From Lingula anatina (lineage: Eukaryota > Animalia > Brachiopoda), in the NCBI GenBank assembly GCA_051362555.1, contig CM120643.1, forward strand, positions 3,348,001 through 3,412,000: DNA of 64,000 nucleotides. The letters run 5' to 3'. A model generated the notes under the pieces. The model had not been told where the DNA came from and made no database searches. It saw only the letters and a program-made list of their open reading frames with translations. The position numbers were made by a program, and so were the translations under genes. Below, piece after piece: positions 62,001-64,000 of the stretch (positions are counted from its first letter, which is position 1; the number at the start of each line of letters is the position of its first letter).

Positions 62001-64000
62001 AATACAGCTTCAGTAGGCAATGCAGTCTGTTTGGTAAATTTTTCTGGCAATTAAACAGTTTTTTGTGAAAATGTAATTTTTCACATATTGGCATTTCCAA
62101 GGTGTGACTTAGAACCTCCACGGGCTTGAAGACCCATGCTAGTCACATTTTCTGAAAATTCATGACACTTATATTTTATTATTAAAAATCGATGGTCATT
62201 ATGCCGTTAAGCATTATGTAATGTTGCATCAAAATAGAAGAAAACACAATTTTGGGTGCTGCTGCCTTGATGACCATTATGGGAAAACTGTGTTACTTAT
62301 GACTGTCAAACTTTCAAAAAAGAAACACAGGACTAAAATGCAGCCTGAGTTGGAAAAGCAGTCTAATTGGCTTCTTTTTCTGGAAGCTATACATTTTAGT
62401 GTAATATTCATTATCTTTTTGGCATATTCATTGTGGGACTCAGAGCTCCCATGAACATGAAGCCGAATGGTAATCATATTTTCTACATGTCCATCCTATT
62501 TATAGTCAATAAACAAAAATTGGTGATAATTATTCTCTAATTTATTATGTAATGTTACATCAAAATTGACAACAATCTTTTTGCACTGCTACTGCAAACA
62601 TTATGAAAAGAAAACTGTGCTACTTATTATCATTTTTAACTTACAAGTACGATTTTTAGGATTGGCCTTCAGCTCATATGAGAAAATCAGCTCTATTGGA
62701 TTATCATTTTTATTGAATTTATGCATTTTTTGTGAAATTTTCATTTTTCTCATTCTGGCACTTTCTAAGTATAAACTTGAACTCCGATGGGCCTGAAGCC
62801 TTATGCTTTTAATTTCGTCTGTGTTACCTGTTGTGCATAAGTTGATGTTGACTGTGCAGTTAAACATAATGTATTATTGCATCAGGATTGGTAGTCTCCT
62901 ATTTTGGGCATTATGGTTTTGTGCTTTTCTTAAAGTGTGACTTATGGGCCTAAAGACCTTTGAGTGGGTCAGTCTGTAAATTACCCTTGGGTATCACTAG
63001 ATTAATTTCAGAGTTATAAAGTCATTTGCCTTAATAGGCCATTAAATGAGATTACATAAAGCACACTTGTTGATATTTCCCTGTAAACTCCCAAAGGTAA
63101 AGCTCTCTGCTAGATTAATAATAAGGAAGCAGTGATAATTATGCAGGTAAATTTTGTTTAATATTGCAAATAAGTTTTAAATAATATATATATATATATA
63201 TATATATCAAACTGGAAGATTAAAAGTTTGAATAGCATCTTCATTGGAATTATATTTACCTCAAGCTCTGCCAAGGAGGTCATATTTTCACCCCCGTTTG
63301 TCTGTCATCCACATAACACAAAAAGTTATGGACTGATTTTGCAGAAATTTTCAGGAACTGTCGGAAGTGGGCCAAAGAGGACAATGATTAATTTTTGGTG
63401 GTGGTCTGGAACAATAATCAATCAATTATCAATAATAATCAACAATTGCTGCCTTGGCAGAGGTCTGCACTCTCAAAGTGCTTTTCTAGCTTTGTTATGT
63501 TTTCCTTTATAATTTTTTCTCAAACACTTGCATTTGTGACTTTTAACTCTCATCTGCCTGGGGCTCTGCACATTTTCTGTATTTCCACATAAGCAGTTGT
63601 ATTGTTTTTTATGTCTTTAAACATTATGTAATATTATTTTATGCACTGTCATCATTTTTCAAATATTGAGAGTTTCATAATGTGAATTTGAACTCTCATG
63701 GTCCTGAAACTGTAATTTTATTGAAGGGGTGGACCATCTTCTGGGTCTTCCTGAAGACAGTCAGGTTATTAAGTTTATATTGACTGGTATCTATTTTTTT
63801 CTGTTGGAAGACCATCAAAATGGAGGATGGATCAACATAGATACTTTGTAATACTGTCAGAAAATATCTCTGGGTCCGCTCCTGTTATTGACCATGTTAC
63901 CTGTTGTGCAAGATTAAAATTCAGTGTTGACTGACAGTGCTATTATAAGCATTATTTATTATTGCATCAAAATTGACAAAATGACCTTTTTTGCATCTTT
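59018..64000 (+). mobile_element. HINE/DINE-1-like element, copy 4 (runs off the window)
   Basis: Same palindromic head and ~161-bp repeats; largely colinear with 14938-23901 without its TIR insertions. Confidence 0.85.
59711..60660. mobile_element. Intact 950-bp MITE with ~95-bp TIRs and 5-bp TSD (GAAGT)
   Basis: CAGGCCTTCCCAACTACC...GGTAGTTGGGAAGGCCTG; GAAGT at 59706-59710 and 60661-60665. Inverted relative to 26749-33950. Confidence 0.95.

Overview
AT-rich, intron-containing eukaryotic DNA, probably from a marine invertebrate (inferred from the transposon families). It is made almost entirely of nested transposable elements, and no conventional host gene can be supported. (1) A 9.4-kb Ty3/Gypsy LTR element on the minus strand (369-9747) has very long LTRs, a tRNA-Leu PBS, a near-intact pol and no gag. 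In the env position it carries an extra ORF encoding two C2H2 zinc fingers followed by histone H3-tail-like motifs (KAPR, TGGK, ARKSPA), and its LTRs carry arrays of GATAAC motifs. This is the most interesting candidate system: a possible self-targeted chromatin or anti-silencing module. (2) Four copies of a Helentron/DINE-1-like (HINE) element with ~161-bp internal tandem repeats have received other insertions. (3) A young BEL/Pao element (26836-33069) with an in-frame internal deletion sits inside a MITE with 5-bp TSDs, whose uninterrupted sister copy is at 59711-60660. (4) An apparently intact ISL2EU DNA transposon (38440-44222) encodes a THAP-DDE transposase and a convergent SWIM-YqaJ-PHD gene. 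(5) The rest is MITEs and decayed Tc1, Mutator-like, hAT, Gypsy gag and LINE fragments, one of them with a 2A-like peptide. All family assignments come from motif recognition by eye; no database searches were run.
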